DNA of 64,000 bases from the NCBI GenBank assembly GCA_038209745.1, contig JBBQXJ010000007.1, forward strand, positions 1-64,000, written 5' to 3'. Under the pieces are notes generated by a model. The model was given only the letters and a program-made list of their open reading frames with translations. It ran no database searches and was not told the origin of the DNA. Source of the DNA: Verrucomicrobiota bacterium. Lineage in GTDB: Bacteria; Verrucomicrobiota; Verrucomicrobiia; Limisphaerales; CANJSG01. This document shows, in pieces, positions 19,836 to 29,749 of the stretch; within the stretch, counting starts at the first letter, position 1, and each line of letters starts with the position of its first letter. Both the position numbers and the translations under genes were made by a program.

Positions 19836-20924
19836 TCAGTAGACGCCTTCGACGATGGTCTTCTCCATCGCGCCGAAGGGCCGCACTTCGGCGACGCCGT
19901 CCCAAGCGTAGCGGTCGCGGGGGGCTTTGCGGATGGCTTCGTCGCGTTCGAGGAAGCGGGGCATGAAGAACTCCCTGGTCAACGTGGTCAGTTCCACGCG
20001 GCCCCATTCGCCGTATTCCTTCACCTGCGTCGTGTCGTTCGGATCGACGACCCTGAGCACGGCTCGGGGCTGCGGCGGATAGTAGCTGATGGAGAACTTG
20101 TCCTCGGGCCGGAGGGGCACGCTGGCGGCCAACCCCATCAAGGTGTTGCCGTAGGTCGGGTAGAAGCCGATGCGACCCTCGAGCACTTCCTCGACGATGA
20201 AACGCACATATTGCGGGGCCATCGTGGTGCCGCCACAGAAGACGCCACGAATGCCGGCCTCGAACAGATCGAGTTTCTCGGCGAGGGCTTCGAGAAGTTT
20301 GGGAGTGGTGAAGAGGCCGGAGATCTTTCGGTTCTTCAACAGCATCAGGGCTTGGTCCACCACGTGGTCCATGTATTGCCGGGCCACGTCGAACTGCTTG
20401 TTCGAGATCAGCTTCTTCACGAAGCGCGGGTCCAAATCGATGAAGTAGCAGGAGCTGCCGCGAATGTTCGCCAGATGCTCGATGGCGAGACGGAGGCGAC
20501 GCGGCCCGGTGGGACCGACCATCAGCCAAGCGCCGCCGCGGGGGAAATGCTCGTCGGAAATCTTGTCGCTGAACTCGGAGTAGTCGACCTTGTAGTCGTT
20601 CCAGCCGATGCGCTGCTTGGGCATTCCCGTGGTGCCACCGGTTTCGAAGATGTTGAAGGGCTTTCCCTTGAACTCGGCGGGCACCCAGACCTCGGGTTGC
20701 TCGTCGCGCAGCCACTCGTCCTGGAAGTGTGGGAACTTCGCTATGAGGTCGGCGAAGGACTTCACCTCGGCCCGCGGATCCCAGCCGGCATTTTTCACCC
20801 AACCGAGCCAGAACGGGCAGCCGGTTTCGGGACTGAAGTGCCAAGCGACGATTTCGCGGACGTGGGCGTCGAGGGTGTCCTGCGCCTTCTGGATTTCGGC
20901 GGAGGTCGGGTCGGGGCTCATCAT
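19836..20924 (-). CDS. Truncated ANL-superfamily adenylate-forming enzyme (EhpF/PaaK/LuxE-like)
   Basis: ETGGTTGMPK P-loop, YGNT, ERD motifs; 362 aa from ATG 20924. Confidence 0.75.
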   Translation of the reverse strand: MMSPDPTSAEIQKAQDTLDAHVREIVAWHFSPETGCPFWLGWVKNAGWDPRAEVKSFADLIAKFPHFQDEWLRDEQPEVWVPAEFKGKPFNIFETGGTTGMPKQRIGWNDYKVDYSEFSDKISDEHFPRGGAWLMVGPTGPRRLRLAIEHLANIRGSSCYFIDLDPRFVKKLISNKQFDVARQYMDHVVDQALMLLKNRKISGLFTTPKLLEALAEKLDLFEAGIRGVFCGGTTMAPQYVRFIVEEVLEGRIGFYPTYGNTLMGLAASVPLRPEDKFSISYYPPQPRAVLRVVDPNDTTQVKEYGEWGRVELTTLTREFFMPRFLERDEAIRKAPRDRYAWDGVAEVRPFGAMEKTIVEGVY

Positions 20925-20967
20925 GTTCGGAATGCTAGATGTCGGGACGTAAACGGCAACGGCCGGT

Positions 20968-22581
20968 TCAGGGCTTCTTGAGCTCGGTTTCGACCCCGGC
21001 GGGTGCGTCCTTCTTGAGAATCTTCGAAGCGTCCTGCAGCGCGTAGAGATGAGTCTGGGTGCCGACGTAGAGCACGCCGTTGGCAATGATCGGAGTGGAG
21101 TAGATCGGCGAGTCGAACATCGTCTCGCTGATGATCTTTTTTTCCTTGGTTGCGGCGAACACCACGAGGTCGCCGTCCTCGTCTCCGACATACACCTTGC
21201 CGTCAGCCACCATGGTGGATCCCCACATGTGGGCCTTCATGTCGTGCTCCCAGTAGAGCTTGCCGGTCTCCGCATCGAGACAATGGACGAAGCCGGAGAA
21301 GTCCCCGACGAAGAGCAGGCCGGTCGCGGGATCGATGGAGACGGTGGAGATGCTGCGGTGGATGCCTCGGAACTCCCAGATGAGGCCGCTCTTGGTCACG
21401 TCGCCCGACTTGGTCGGATCGTAGCAGACGAGGCGGCCGATGCCTTCCCCGTGCTCCGGATCCTGGCCGATGGGGACATAGACGCGGTTCTTGTAGAAGA
21501 CCGGGGTGGCGTTGATCTCGCTCGGGCCGTCGGCGGAGGGATACTTGATCGGTTTGCCGTCTTTCGCCCGGTAGTCGGGGGGGTTGCAGTCGGCTTTCCA
21601 GAGGACTTTCAGAAACGCGCCTTCGGCCGTCTCCTTGGGCTCGGCATTGAGAGCGTAGAGCCAGCCATCGCCGCCTCCCGCGTAGAGCTCCATTTTGCCG
21701 TTGACCTTGCCGGCCGAGAGGGAAGTCCACTGTCCGTGGAAGATCCGGGGTCCGATGCCGGCATCGTCTTCACCGACCAGTTTGCCGGTGTTCTTGTCGA
21801 GGGCGATGAAGCTCGGCGACATCGGCGAAGGGACGTTGGAATGGGTCCAGTCCTGTCCGTTGGACGTGCAGACGTAGACGCGGTCGCCGACGATCAGCGG
21901 AGAGCTGTTGGAGGCGTTGTGCGGAAACACGCCCAACTCGTCCATCATGTCGTAGACCCAGAGGATGTCGGCATCCTTCGGACCGATCTTGGCGGGAGGA
22001 TTGCCCGTGTCCTTGGTGACGTATTCGGCTTCCGTCGTGATGCCCTGGTTGCCGTCCTTCTGTCCGTTCAGATCGAGGCAGATGACTTCGCAGCGGCTGG
22101 TGACGAGGTAGACCTTGTTGCCCTCGATGCGGGGCGACGACAGCAGGCCGAGGTTCTCCCAGTCGTTGACCTTGCCGGATTTCAACTTGGGCACGACGAG
22201 CTGCCAGAGGAATTCGCCCGTCTTCTCGTCGAAGCACATCAGGACCGAGCGGTCGCCCTGATGCTGGGGATCGCGCGGCGAGTCGTTGTTCGTCCCGATG
22301 AGGACGTGGCCGTTGGCCACGACGACGTTGCCGTAGGCCTGGGACCCGACCTTGGCCACCCACTTCACGTTCTTGGTGGTGGCCATGTCGATGTCCTCGG
22401 AGCCGGGCTTGAACTTGCCGGGGACGGCCCCGTCAGGAAGCCCCTTGGCGGTGGAATACATGTTGCGGTCCGTCGAACCTCCCCACATCGGCCAGTCGTC
22501 GGCCTGCAGGCTGACCGCAGCGATGCCGCAGAGCAGCGAAAGGGTGATCACCGACGCTCCGTGGTTCTTCTTTTTCATCAT
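20968..22581 (-). CDS. Secreted PQQ-like (BamB-type) beta-propeller protein
   Basis: Signal peptide, DWPMWGG, repeated CLDAETGKLYW and SSP/STP blades. Confidence 0.88.
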   Translation of the reverse strand: MMKKKNHGASVITLSLLCGIAAVSLQADDWPMWGGSTDRNMYSTAKGLPDGAVPGKFKPGSEDIDMATTKNVKWVAKVGSQAYGNVVVANGHVLIGTNNDSPRDPQHQGDRSVLMCFDEKTGEFLWQLVVPKLKSGKVNDWENLGLLSSPRIEGNKVYLVTSRCEVICLDLNGQKDGNQGITTEAEYVTKDTGNPPAKIGPKDADILWVYDMMDELGVFPHNASNSSPLIVGDRVYVCTSNGQDWTHSNVPSPMSPSFIALDKNTGKLVGEDDAGIGPRIFHGQWTSLSAGKVNGKMELYAGGGDGWLYALNAEPKETAEGAFLKVLWKADCNPPDYRAKDGKPIKYPSADGPSEINATPVFYKNRVYVPIGQDPEHGEGIGRLVCYDPTKSGDVTKSGLIWEFRGIHRSISTVSIDPATGLLFVGDFSGFVHCLDAETGKLYWEHDMKAHMWGSTMVADGKVYVGDEDGDLVVFAATKEKKIISETMFDSPIYSTPIIANGVLYVGTQTHLYALQDASKILKKDAPAGVETELKKP

Positions 22582-22630
22582 ACTAATGGTCCTGGTCTTG
22601 GTCTCGACGTTACGGGTCAACACGCGCGGT

Positions 22631-24940
22631 TCAATTCGGAGTCACTAAAATATTGTCGATGCAAACAGGCATGTCCTGCGGCGAAAATCCATAGAGGCCG
22701 GGTGATCCCTCGGTATGGGCATGCTTGTGCGGCACTTCAACCGTCCAAGCTTCAGGCTCCTTCTCGCCCCGTTTCCACGCCTTTGCCCGAATCACACCTG
22801 AGCCGTCGGCCGCCACGTCCACCCGCGCTTTGAGCGTGTACCAGGTGTTGGGCGACCAGCGGAAATTAGGCCCGTCGGTCACGGCCGGCACCCGGAGTCG
22901 CTCCAGGTTCGAGCTGATCTCGAGTTTCTGTTCGTTGCCCTTGAGCGTGATCAGATAGCGCTGACAGATCAGTCCCACTTCGGACATCTTGCGGCGGTTG
23001 CCTTCGCTGAGGACATCGGCTTGGACGGAGTAGTTCTTCATCGTCTCGTCGCCGATGATGACGGTCGCGCGTTGGAAGAAACGGTTGTCGACGGTCTTGC
23101 GCAAAACCTTGCTCCCATCCTGTTCCCGGATGTCGAACTTGAACCGCGCCCCAATCCACGGGAGAGGCGGGTAGCTGAACTTGGCCTGGTCGAACGTGCT
23201 CGTTTCCCCCAGATCGTATTCCTCGAAGTTCTCGCTGATCGGTGGGAACGGCAGCACGCGACCGCGGATGGTCCCCTTCAATCCATTGTAGACGGCCATA
23301 TACGCGCCAGCCGAAGGGACTTTCTCCGCGTCCGCCACCAGGTCGCCGGCCGCGTTGAACGAGCCGTTCATCTTGGCTTTCACCTTGGCCGTCGGAGGAA
23401 TGAAGGCGTCCCACTTCACGCCGGATTTCACCTCGCCCACCACAAGACCGTGCGCGTCGACGGTGCGGACCCGGAGCGAGACCTTTTCGCCCGGGTGGAG
23501 CAGCACTTCGGACGGGATGATCTGGAGTCCGGCGGCGGCGCCGGCCTTGGGCCAAGCAGGTTCGTCCATCGGTTTTGCGAGGCCCGGGTTGTTGCCGGCC
23601 TTGCCGAAGGCGTAGAGATGCTTGGTGGTCTGTAGATAGACCTTGCCGTTGTAGGCGGTCGGCGAACCGAAGCAGCGGCCTTCCAGAGCGATGTGCGCCA
23701 GGATCTTCCCTTTCTCGGGATCGACCACGTAAAAGGCGCCCTTGGTGCCGGCGTCGGTGGAGTCGCCTCCCTTGCTGTCGGGATCGTCCAGGATCGGCAC
23801 ATAGATCTTGCCGTCGGCGAAGAGCGGGCAGGAGTTCCGCTGCTCAATGCCGATCTTGGTGTCCCAGATCCGCTTGCCGGTGTTGATGTCCACGCAGATC
23901 AGATCGCCCTTTTCGGCCACCACATAGATGCGGTCCCCGACGAGGATCGGGCTGCTCGTCGAGGTGGAAATATCTGCGCTCCAGATCTCGACGTCTTTCC
24001 GCTCGACCACAGTCGGCGCCTGTTGACCGAGCTTGTAGGCCACGTCGGGGACTTTGAAGCAGACCATCTGTCCCGGCTCATAAGGAGTGCCGTAGATGCC
24101 CACGACCTTGTCGCCGTTGTGGACGAGCACGGTGGCGTTGATGCCCGCCTTGCCGAGGTTGACGCGCCAGATCGGATCGCCGGTCAAGGCGTTGATCGCC
24201 CCGACACTGCCGTCGCCCAGGGTGACGTAGAGCACGCGAATGCCCTTCCACCAGTTCAGATACGGATAGGAGAATGAGCTGTCCTTTGGCCGATCACCGG
24301 GGGTGGAGGCCCAGACGATTTCGCCGGTCTTCTTGTCGAAGGCGTAGAGCCGATCTCCGCCCGGGCCCTGCGCGCCCCAGTTCGCGGTGATGCCGCGAAT
24401 GATCACCAGATCGCCGTCCACCAGCGGCGTCTGGGTGCGTCCGTTCGGGAAGGTCAGCCGGCCGATCATTTCGCCGAGCGCGTGTTTCCAGAGCATCTCG
24501 CCGTCCCGCGAGAAGGCCACCAGCAGCCCCTGCGATCCTTGGAGGTAGACGTTGCCCGTCTCGGGATCGACCGCCGGACTCGAGGTCGCATAGCGGTTGT
24601 AGATGATGTCGCTGATGAAATCGCTGAAAAGGTGCTGCCAGATCGGCTTGCCCGTCTCGGCGTCGTAACAGCCGATGCCTTCCTGAAGATCCTGTCCCTC
24701 ACCGAGGTAGCCCACGATGTAGAGCCGGCCTCCGGCAACGACCGCGGTCGATGCCCCGGGGAAGTCCACCTTCCAAAGCGGCTTGGCGGCGTCGAGCGTG
24801 GACGGAAGGCCGGTCTCGCGGGAAACCCCGTTTTGCTCCGGACCACGCCAACTGAGCCAGCCCTGCACGGGAGCGGCGGACAGCGCTGCGATGGAGAAAA
24901 GGAAAGAGGCCCCGATGGCAAAGTGAACGTTGAGTTTCAT
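22631..24940 (-). CDS. Secreted PQQ-like beta-propeller protein with C-terminal beta-sandwich domains
   Basis: Signal peptide, WLSWRGP, repeated DAETGK-W blades; start MKLN at 24940. Confidence 0.88.
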   Translation of the reverse strand: MKLNVHFAIGASFLFSIAALSAAPVQGWLSWRGPEQNGVSRETGLPSTLDAAKPLWKVDFPGASTAVVAGGRLYIVGYLGEGQDLQEGIGCYDAETGKPIWQHLFSDFISDIIYNRYATSSPAVDPETGNVYLQGSQGLLVAFSRDGEMLWKHALGEMIGRLTFPNGRTQTPLVDGDLVIIRGITANWGAQGPGGDRLYAFDKKTGEIVWASTPGDRPKDSSFSYPYLNWWKGIRVLYVTLGDGSVGAINALTGDPIWRVNLGKAGINATVLVHNGDKVVGIYGTPYEPGQMVCFKVPDVAYKLGQQAPTVVERKDVEIWSADISTSTSSPILVGDRIYVVAEKGDLICVDINTGKRIWDTKIGIEQRNSCPLFADGKIYVPILDDPDSKGGDSTDAGTKGAFYVVDPEKGKILAHIALEGRCFGSPTAYNGKVYLQTTKHLYAFGKAGNNPGLAKPMDEPAWPKAGAAAGLQIIPSEVLLHPGEKVSLRVRTVDAHGLVVGEVKSGVKWDAFIPPTAKVKAKMNGSFNAAGDLVADAEKVPSAGAYMAVYNGLKGTIRGRVLPFPPISENFEEYDLGETSTFDQAKFSYPPLPWIGARFKFDIREQDGSKVLRKTVDNRFFQRATVIIGDETMKNYSVQADVLSEGNRRKMSEVGLICQRYLITLKGNEQKLEISSNLERLRVPAVTDGPNFRWSPNTWYTLKARVDVAADGSGVIRAKAWKRGEKEPEAWTVEVPHKHAHTEGSPGLYGFSPQDMPVCIDNILVTPN

Positions 24941-25201
24941 GCCGGATAGCGTAGCGGTTTGCCCCGGAATCAGCGGCGGCGGCCAACCGGAGTCCTGTGG
25001 GCCCGACAACTATTCCGCACACCCTGTCAGCTGGCAAACGATTTCATACCTACACGTATCAACTCCAACTCGACGGCGAAACTGAATGACCGGAATCGAA
25101 AGAGTTCGGCACCCGGACGTGCCGCCTCTTTGCCGATCCCACCAGACTCCGGTCCACGGCCATGATCGCTCAACGCCCTAAAAAACCTGCGTTTGCCTCC
25201 T

Positions 25202-25230
25202 TTGACACCGCCCGCCGAGGCCAACAGACT
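25202..25230 (+). promoter_or_regulatory. sigma70-type promoter of the terC-like gene (leaderless)
   Basis: TTGACA-N17-CAGACT, with ATG 8 nt downstream. Confidence 0.6.
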
Positions 25231-25238
25231 CCCCACTC

Positions 25239-26063
25239 ATGATGCTTCCGTTCATCCAGTTTGCCGAGGCGGGTTCCACCGTCGCCGCCGCGAGCGGATC
25301 GATCTTGGAACAGCTCGCCCTGCCCTCGATCTGGATCAGCCTCCTCACCCTGACCCTCCTGGAGATCGTTCTCGGCATCGACAACATCATCTTCATCTCG
25401 ATCCTCAGCGGGAAGCTCCCGATCGATCAGCAGGCCAAAGTCCGCCGCATCGGTCTGATGCTCGCGCTCATCACCCGTATCCTCCTGCTCGTGTCCATCT
25501 CCTGGGTCATGAATCTGCAGAACAAACTCTGGGACTGGGAGCTCTTCGGCCTGCCGCTGCCCAATACCGGCAAGGACCTGATTCTCTTCTTCGGCGGGTT
25601 GTTCCTGATTTTCAAGAGCGTGAAGGAAATCCACGAGAAGCTGGAAGGGCACGATGGAGATAAGACCTCCCGCATCGTCCCGACCTTCGCCGGCGTGCTC
25701 ATCCAGATCCTGCTGCTCGACGTCGTCTTCTCGCTCGACTCCGTCATCACCGCCGTCGGCATGGTGAAGGAGATCTGGATCATGATCACCGCCGTCGTCG
25801 CCGCCGTTGTCGTCATGTTGATCTTCGTCAACCAGATCAGCGGCTTCGTGGACCGCCATCCGACGATCAAGGTGCTCGCCCTCAGCTTCCTGATCCTGAT
25901 CGGAGTGCTCCTGACCGCCGAAGGCTTCGGCCAGCATATTTCCAAGGGCTACGTCTACTTCGCCATGGCCTTCGCGGTCGGGGTGGAAGTGTTGAACCTC
26001 AGGGTTCGGACCAAGGCCGACAAAGCCGCAGACGCGGTGAAGCTGCACCAGCCGTATCGGTGA
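25239..26063 (+). CDS. TerC-family membrane protein
   Basis: LEIVLGIDNIIFI, DVVFSLDSVITAVG, HPTIKVLALSFL. Confidence 0.93.
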   Translation: MMLPFIQFAEAGSTVAAASGSILEQLALPSIWISLLTLTLLEIVLGIDNIIFISILSGKLPIDQQAKVRRIGLMLALITRILLLVSISWVMNLQNKLWDWELFGLPLPNTGKDLILFFGGLFLIFKSVKEIHEKLEGHDGDKTSRIVPTFAGVLIQILLLDVVFSLDSVITAVGMVKEIWIMITAVVAAVVVMLIFVNQISGFVDRHPTIKVLALSFLILIGVLLTAEGFGQHISKGYVYFAMAFAVGVEVLNLRVRTKADKAADAVKLHQPYR

Positions 26064-26086
26064 CCCGGTCGATCACGGAGCCTGAG

Positions 26087-27307
26087 TCAACCGCCTCCTC
26101 CGCGAACCATCTTCCCGTTCTTCGTATCCACCAGGGTCGAGTCGCCGACCGCCGGCTCCGCCCCGATGAACCGCGCCGCCAGTCCCGCGATTTGTCCGCG
26201 CTGCTGATAGGTCAGGATCCCCAGCAGTCTCGACCGGCTCCAGGGGCTCCGCTGCACCGTGGCCGCCGCCCAGGTCTTCCCCAGCATCGTCTCGCGCTGG
26301 AACACCAGGCGGCCATCGACGTGCCGGACCTTCAGCCGCTTCTCCACGCGCCGCATCCAGGAGTGGTTGTCTGTCCGTCCGATGAACAGCAGATTGGCCG
26401 ACTTGGCATCCGCCTCGGTCAGTTCTTCGTCCGACTTCACCAGCAACTTGCCCGAGCGAATTCGAAGGTCTTCACCGAACTGGAACCGTGCGATCCGTTC
26501 CGCCTCCTGCCGCAGTTGGTCCGCTTCCCGGGGGATCAAGGTGGACGCCGGACAACAGACGATCACCCGCTCGCCGAAGAGATCGTTGAAGAGCTCCTTC
26601 CGTAGCGGCTTTTTCACCGGCGCCGGAGCGGCACCGCAGCGGAACTGCAGGAACCAATCGACCAGCGAATCCCCTTCCCTCTGCGGATCGTAGAGCGACC
26701 GCCACGCGTCGTGGCCCCCGTCGCCCAATTCGTCATAGCGCACTTTTCCTTTGAGGCGCCTCAGCTCGGACACGAGTTCACGCGATCTCTGCACCGGCAC
26801 CACCGGATCGTGCCGGCCATGCACGCACCAGACAGGAACCCGCTTCATGGCCGCCACCGCCGCCACTGGGCCGCCGCCACACACCGGCGCGATCGCCGCC
26901 CAATACAGCGGACGTTCCGCCGCCATCCGCCACGCTGCGTAGCCCCCCAGCGAAAGCCCGGTCAGGTATTGCCGCCGCAGATCCACCCGATACCGCTTCC
27001 GCACCCAGTTGACGGCGTCCCAAAGATCCGCTTCCCCCATCCAGCGCCAGTCCACATCGCCCCGGCCGAAGGGACTCAGGAGAATCACCCGTTCATCGAA
27101 ACCGCGCTCGTGGATGCGGAAACATTCCTCCGGGATCATCCGGTGGTCGGCGTCGCTGCCGTGCAGCGCGACGACCAGCGGCCAGGACTTCTTCGGCGAA
27201 TAGCCGGGCGGAACCCAGAGGGCGAACGGCTGCGGAGAGTCGTCCACGGAGGACCGGCATTCCGCGAGGAAGTAGCCGGTGGGAGGATGGGAAGAATCCG
27301 GTTTCAA
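26087..27307 (-). CDS. Alpha/beta hydrolase (esterase/peptidase S9-like) with extra C-terminal domain; start uncertain
   Basis: PLVVALHG, GLSLGG nucleophile elbow, VHGRHDPVVP, GHDAW. Confidence 0.8.
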   Translation of the reverse strand: MKPDSSHPPTGYFLAECRSSVDDSPQPFALWVPPGYSPKKSWPLVVALHGSDADHRMIPEECFRIHERGFDERVILLSPFGRGDVDWRWMGEADLWDAVNWVRKRYRVDLRRQYLTGLSLGGYAAWRMAAERPLYWAAIAPVCGGGPVAAVAAMKRVPVWCVHGRHDPVVPVQRSRELVSELRRLKGKVRYDELGDGGHDAWRSLYDPQREGDSLVDWFLQFRCGAAPAPVKKPLRKELFNDLFGERVIVCCPASTLIPREADQLRQEAERIARFQFGEDLRIRSGKLLVKSDEELTEADAKSANLLFIGRTDNHSWMRRVEKRLKVRHVDGRLVFQRETMLGKTWAAATVQRSPWSRSRLLGILTYQQRGQIAGLAARFIGAEPAVGDSTLVDTKNGKMVRGGGG

Positions 27308-27353
27308 ACGATGCTCGCCTCCGAGCGAACCACGCGGTCGGGTCGAGGCCCGT

Positions 27354-27635
27354 TCATTTCCCGCGTTGCCGCACCGCGTCTTTCTTCTCGTCCAAATCGC
27401 CCCGCAGCTTCTTCCGTTCATGCACCAACTGCCCCTCCAGCTCCTTCCGCTTCTCCCAGTCGCCGGCCTGGTTGGCCGCGGTGATCTGGTCCTTCAGCAT
27501 GATCTCCTGCTCGGCGATCTTGGCCGCGTAGCGCGACTCGAGCTCGGAGATCTCGGCCTTCTGTTTGGTGTTCAGCTTGGCGATGGGCTCCGACTTGTTC
27601 AGCCGCTCCATCGCGAGTTCGTAGGCAGATTTCAT
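27354..27635 (-). CDS. Small coiled-coil hypothetical protein
   Basis: MKSAYELAMERL N-terminus; TACGGT -10 box 6 nt upstream of the ATG. Confidence 0.75.
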   Translation of the reverse strand: MKSAYELAMERLNKSEPIAKLNTKQKAEISELESRYAAKIAEQEIMLKDQITAANQAGDWEKRKELEGQLVHERKKLRGDLDEKKDAVRQRGK

Positions 27636-27729
27636 GGGGCCACCGTAGCGGGTGATCCAGGAAAGTTCAGCGGAAGTTTCATCGTCCAACCTCGTTGCGT
27701 CCGACGATGGACCGACCAGCGCCTTCGCC

Positions 27730-28671
27730 CTACTTGTCCGGCTGATCGGCCGGCGCCTTTAAATCCTTCAGTTGGATTCCGGTCCGTTTTTGGAGCACGG
27801 CCTCGAACTTCGGCACATACATCTGCGTCTCCGCAGGGAGCCGTCCGGCGATCGCGTCGAAGGTCTTGATGTCGGACTTCTTCAAAAGCCGTGAGACCCG
27901 GCCTTCGCCGGCGTTGTAAGCCGCCAGGGCCAGTTCCCAGTCGTCGAAGCGGTCGTGCAGGTGGCGAAGGTGTTTCGCGGCGGCGCGGCCGTTCTTCTCC
28001 GGATCCAGCCGTTCATCCGGCAGCCACGTGGACAGCCCCAGATCCTTCGCCGTCGGTTTCATCAGCTGGAACAGACCTGCCGCTCCCACCGGACTCTTGG
28101 CCCTGGGATCGAAGGACGACTCCACCTCCGCCAGCCAGACCAGCTCCGCCGGCAGCTTCGCCTCGATGAAGATCGGCTTTAGTTTCGAGACCAAGGCTTC
28201 GGCCCGCTCCGGCAAGGGCCTTCCCTTCATTTCCTCCACCCAAACCCTCCGCTGCGCCGCCGGAAGAGGAGAGGAAGGCGTGGGCTGACCGGGCTCCGGC
28301 GCAGGCGGATTGAACTCGCGGCGCAGGTCGTCGGCGGTGGTCAGATAGTCGAGCCGCGCGCGCAACCAGCGGGCGTATGGATCGGTCTCCTCGAAGCTGT
28401 CGAGGATCGGCAGCAGCGCGGTCGCCGTCTCCTTGATCGCGCTGAGATCGTAGACCGAGTCGCTCTGGAAGCGCCGGAGCAGATCATCCAAGACCGCCTT
28501 CACCCGGTCTCGATCCACCTGCTGGAGCGAGGTCAGAACGGAGGCGTCCAAGTTCTCTTTGGCCCACGCATCGGCCGTCTTGATCAACTCGTCCGCCGAA
28601 ACCGGTTGATCCTGTGCCCCCACGCTTCCAGCCAGCCCGAGTGCGAGAACTATGATCCAAGCGACTTTCAC
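27730..28671 (-). CDS. Lytic transglycosylase (SLT, MltD-like)
   Basis: AEVESSF, AAGLFQLM, LALAAYNAGEG, ETQMYVPK; signal peptide. Confidence 0.92.
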   Translation of the reverse strand: MKVAWIIVLALGLAGSVGAQDQPVSADELIKTADAWAKENLDASVLTSLQQVDRDRVKAVLDDLLRRFQSDSVYDLSAIKETATALLPILDSFEETDPYARWLRARLDYLTTADDLRREFNPPAPEPGQPTPSSPLPAAQRRVWVEEMKGRPLPERAEALVSKLKPIFIEAKLPAELVWLAEVESSFDPRAKSPVGAAGLFQLMKPTAKDLGLSTWLPDERLDPEKNGRAAAKHLRHLHDRFDDWELALAAYNAGEGRVSRLLKKSDIKTFDAIAGRLPAETQMYVPKFEAVLQKRTGIQLKDLKAPADQPDK

Positions 28672-28780
28672 GTCCCGACCCTAGCCTGTTGGGCGACGCG
28701 ACGGAAACGGTGATTCCACCGCCGATTCTCCAACGACCGGACTGGCGTCCCCGGTGGCTGAAGACCTAGCGTCGAACCGC

Positions 28781-29638
28781 ATGATCGTTCGTGAGGCAAT
28801 TCGCCGCACCAGTGAGAGCCTGCAATCCGCGGGCGTCGAATCGGCGCGGGTGGAGGCGGAGTGGCTGTTGGCCCATGTCTTGGGCCTGCCGAGGATGCAT
28901 CTGTTTCTGGAGAAGTCCCGTGAACTGGCCGCCGTGGAGATCCGGTCGCTCGACCTCTTGGTCCGGCGCCGCGAAAAACGGGAACCGCTCCAGCACATTC
29001 TCGGCACGGCCGAATTCTGCGGCCGTGTCTTCACCGTCAACCGTAACGTCCTCATTCCCCGCCCCGAAACGGAACTGCTGGCCGAGTTGGCCGAGACCGC
29101 GTGGCGGGCCGTCGGTAAAGCCGGGGGCGGGCGCGTTCTCGACTTCGGCACCGGCAGCGGATGCCTTGCCATCACGCTGGCGCTGGAACTTCCCGAAGCG
29201 GAGATCCACGCCCTCGACATTTCCCCCGACGCGCTGGTCGTCGCCCGGGCCAATGCGTCTTCATTGGGCGCCAAAGATCGAGTCGCATTCCATTTCGGAG
29301 ATGGCTTCAACGCTTTGCCCCAAGGGCTGCGCTTCGGCCTGATCGTGACCAACCCGCCCTACATTCCCTCGGCCGAGATCGAAACGCTCCAGCCCGAGGT
29401 GCGGGACTTCGATCCGGCCCAAGCGTTGGACGGCGGAGCGGACGGTCTGGATTTCTATCGACGATTGGCGGACCAGGCGCCGACGCGGCTTGTCCCCGGG
29501 GGACAGCTGGTGGCGGAATTCGGCGAAGGCCAAGGGCCGGACCTGAGGGCGCTCTTCTCAGGCAAGGGCTGGACCGTGGAAGCGGTTCTGCCCGACGACA
29601 CGGGACGCGACCGGATGCTCCACGCAACGCGACCCTGA
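28781..29638 (+). CDS. prmC: Release factor glutamine methyltransferase
   Basis: EPLQHILG, VLIPRPETE, DFGTGSG, NPPY, ALDGGADGL. Confidence 0.95.
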   Translation: MIVREAIRRTSESLQSAGVESARVEAEWLLAHVLGLPRMHLFLEKSRELAAVEIRSLDLLVRRREKREPLQHILGTAEFCGRVFTVNRNVLIPRPETELLAELAETAWRAVGKAGGGRVLDFGTGSGCLAITLALELPEAEIHALDISPDALVVARANASSLGAKDRVAFHFGDGFNALPQGLRFGLIVTNPPYIPSAEIETLQPEVRDFDPAQALDGGADGLDFYRRLADQAPTRLVPGGQLVAEFGEGQGPDLRALFSGKGWTVEAVLPDDTGRDRMLHATRP

Positions 29639-29749
29639 ACGACCCCGACGACCGTTCCGGTTCGAAACGGGTCGGGCGGTCACACAGGGTGGCGAGAAAT
29701 CCAATTGAGCCATGGCTGGTTCGAGCCCCACAGTCGCCGCGACCTACCC

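Noticed and set aside
25010..25238. yybP-ykoY (Mn) riboswitch upstream of the terC-like gene
   Set aside because: Conserved aptamer motifs not seen, and the promoter sits directly before the ATG, leaving no leader
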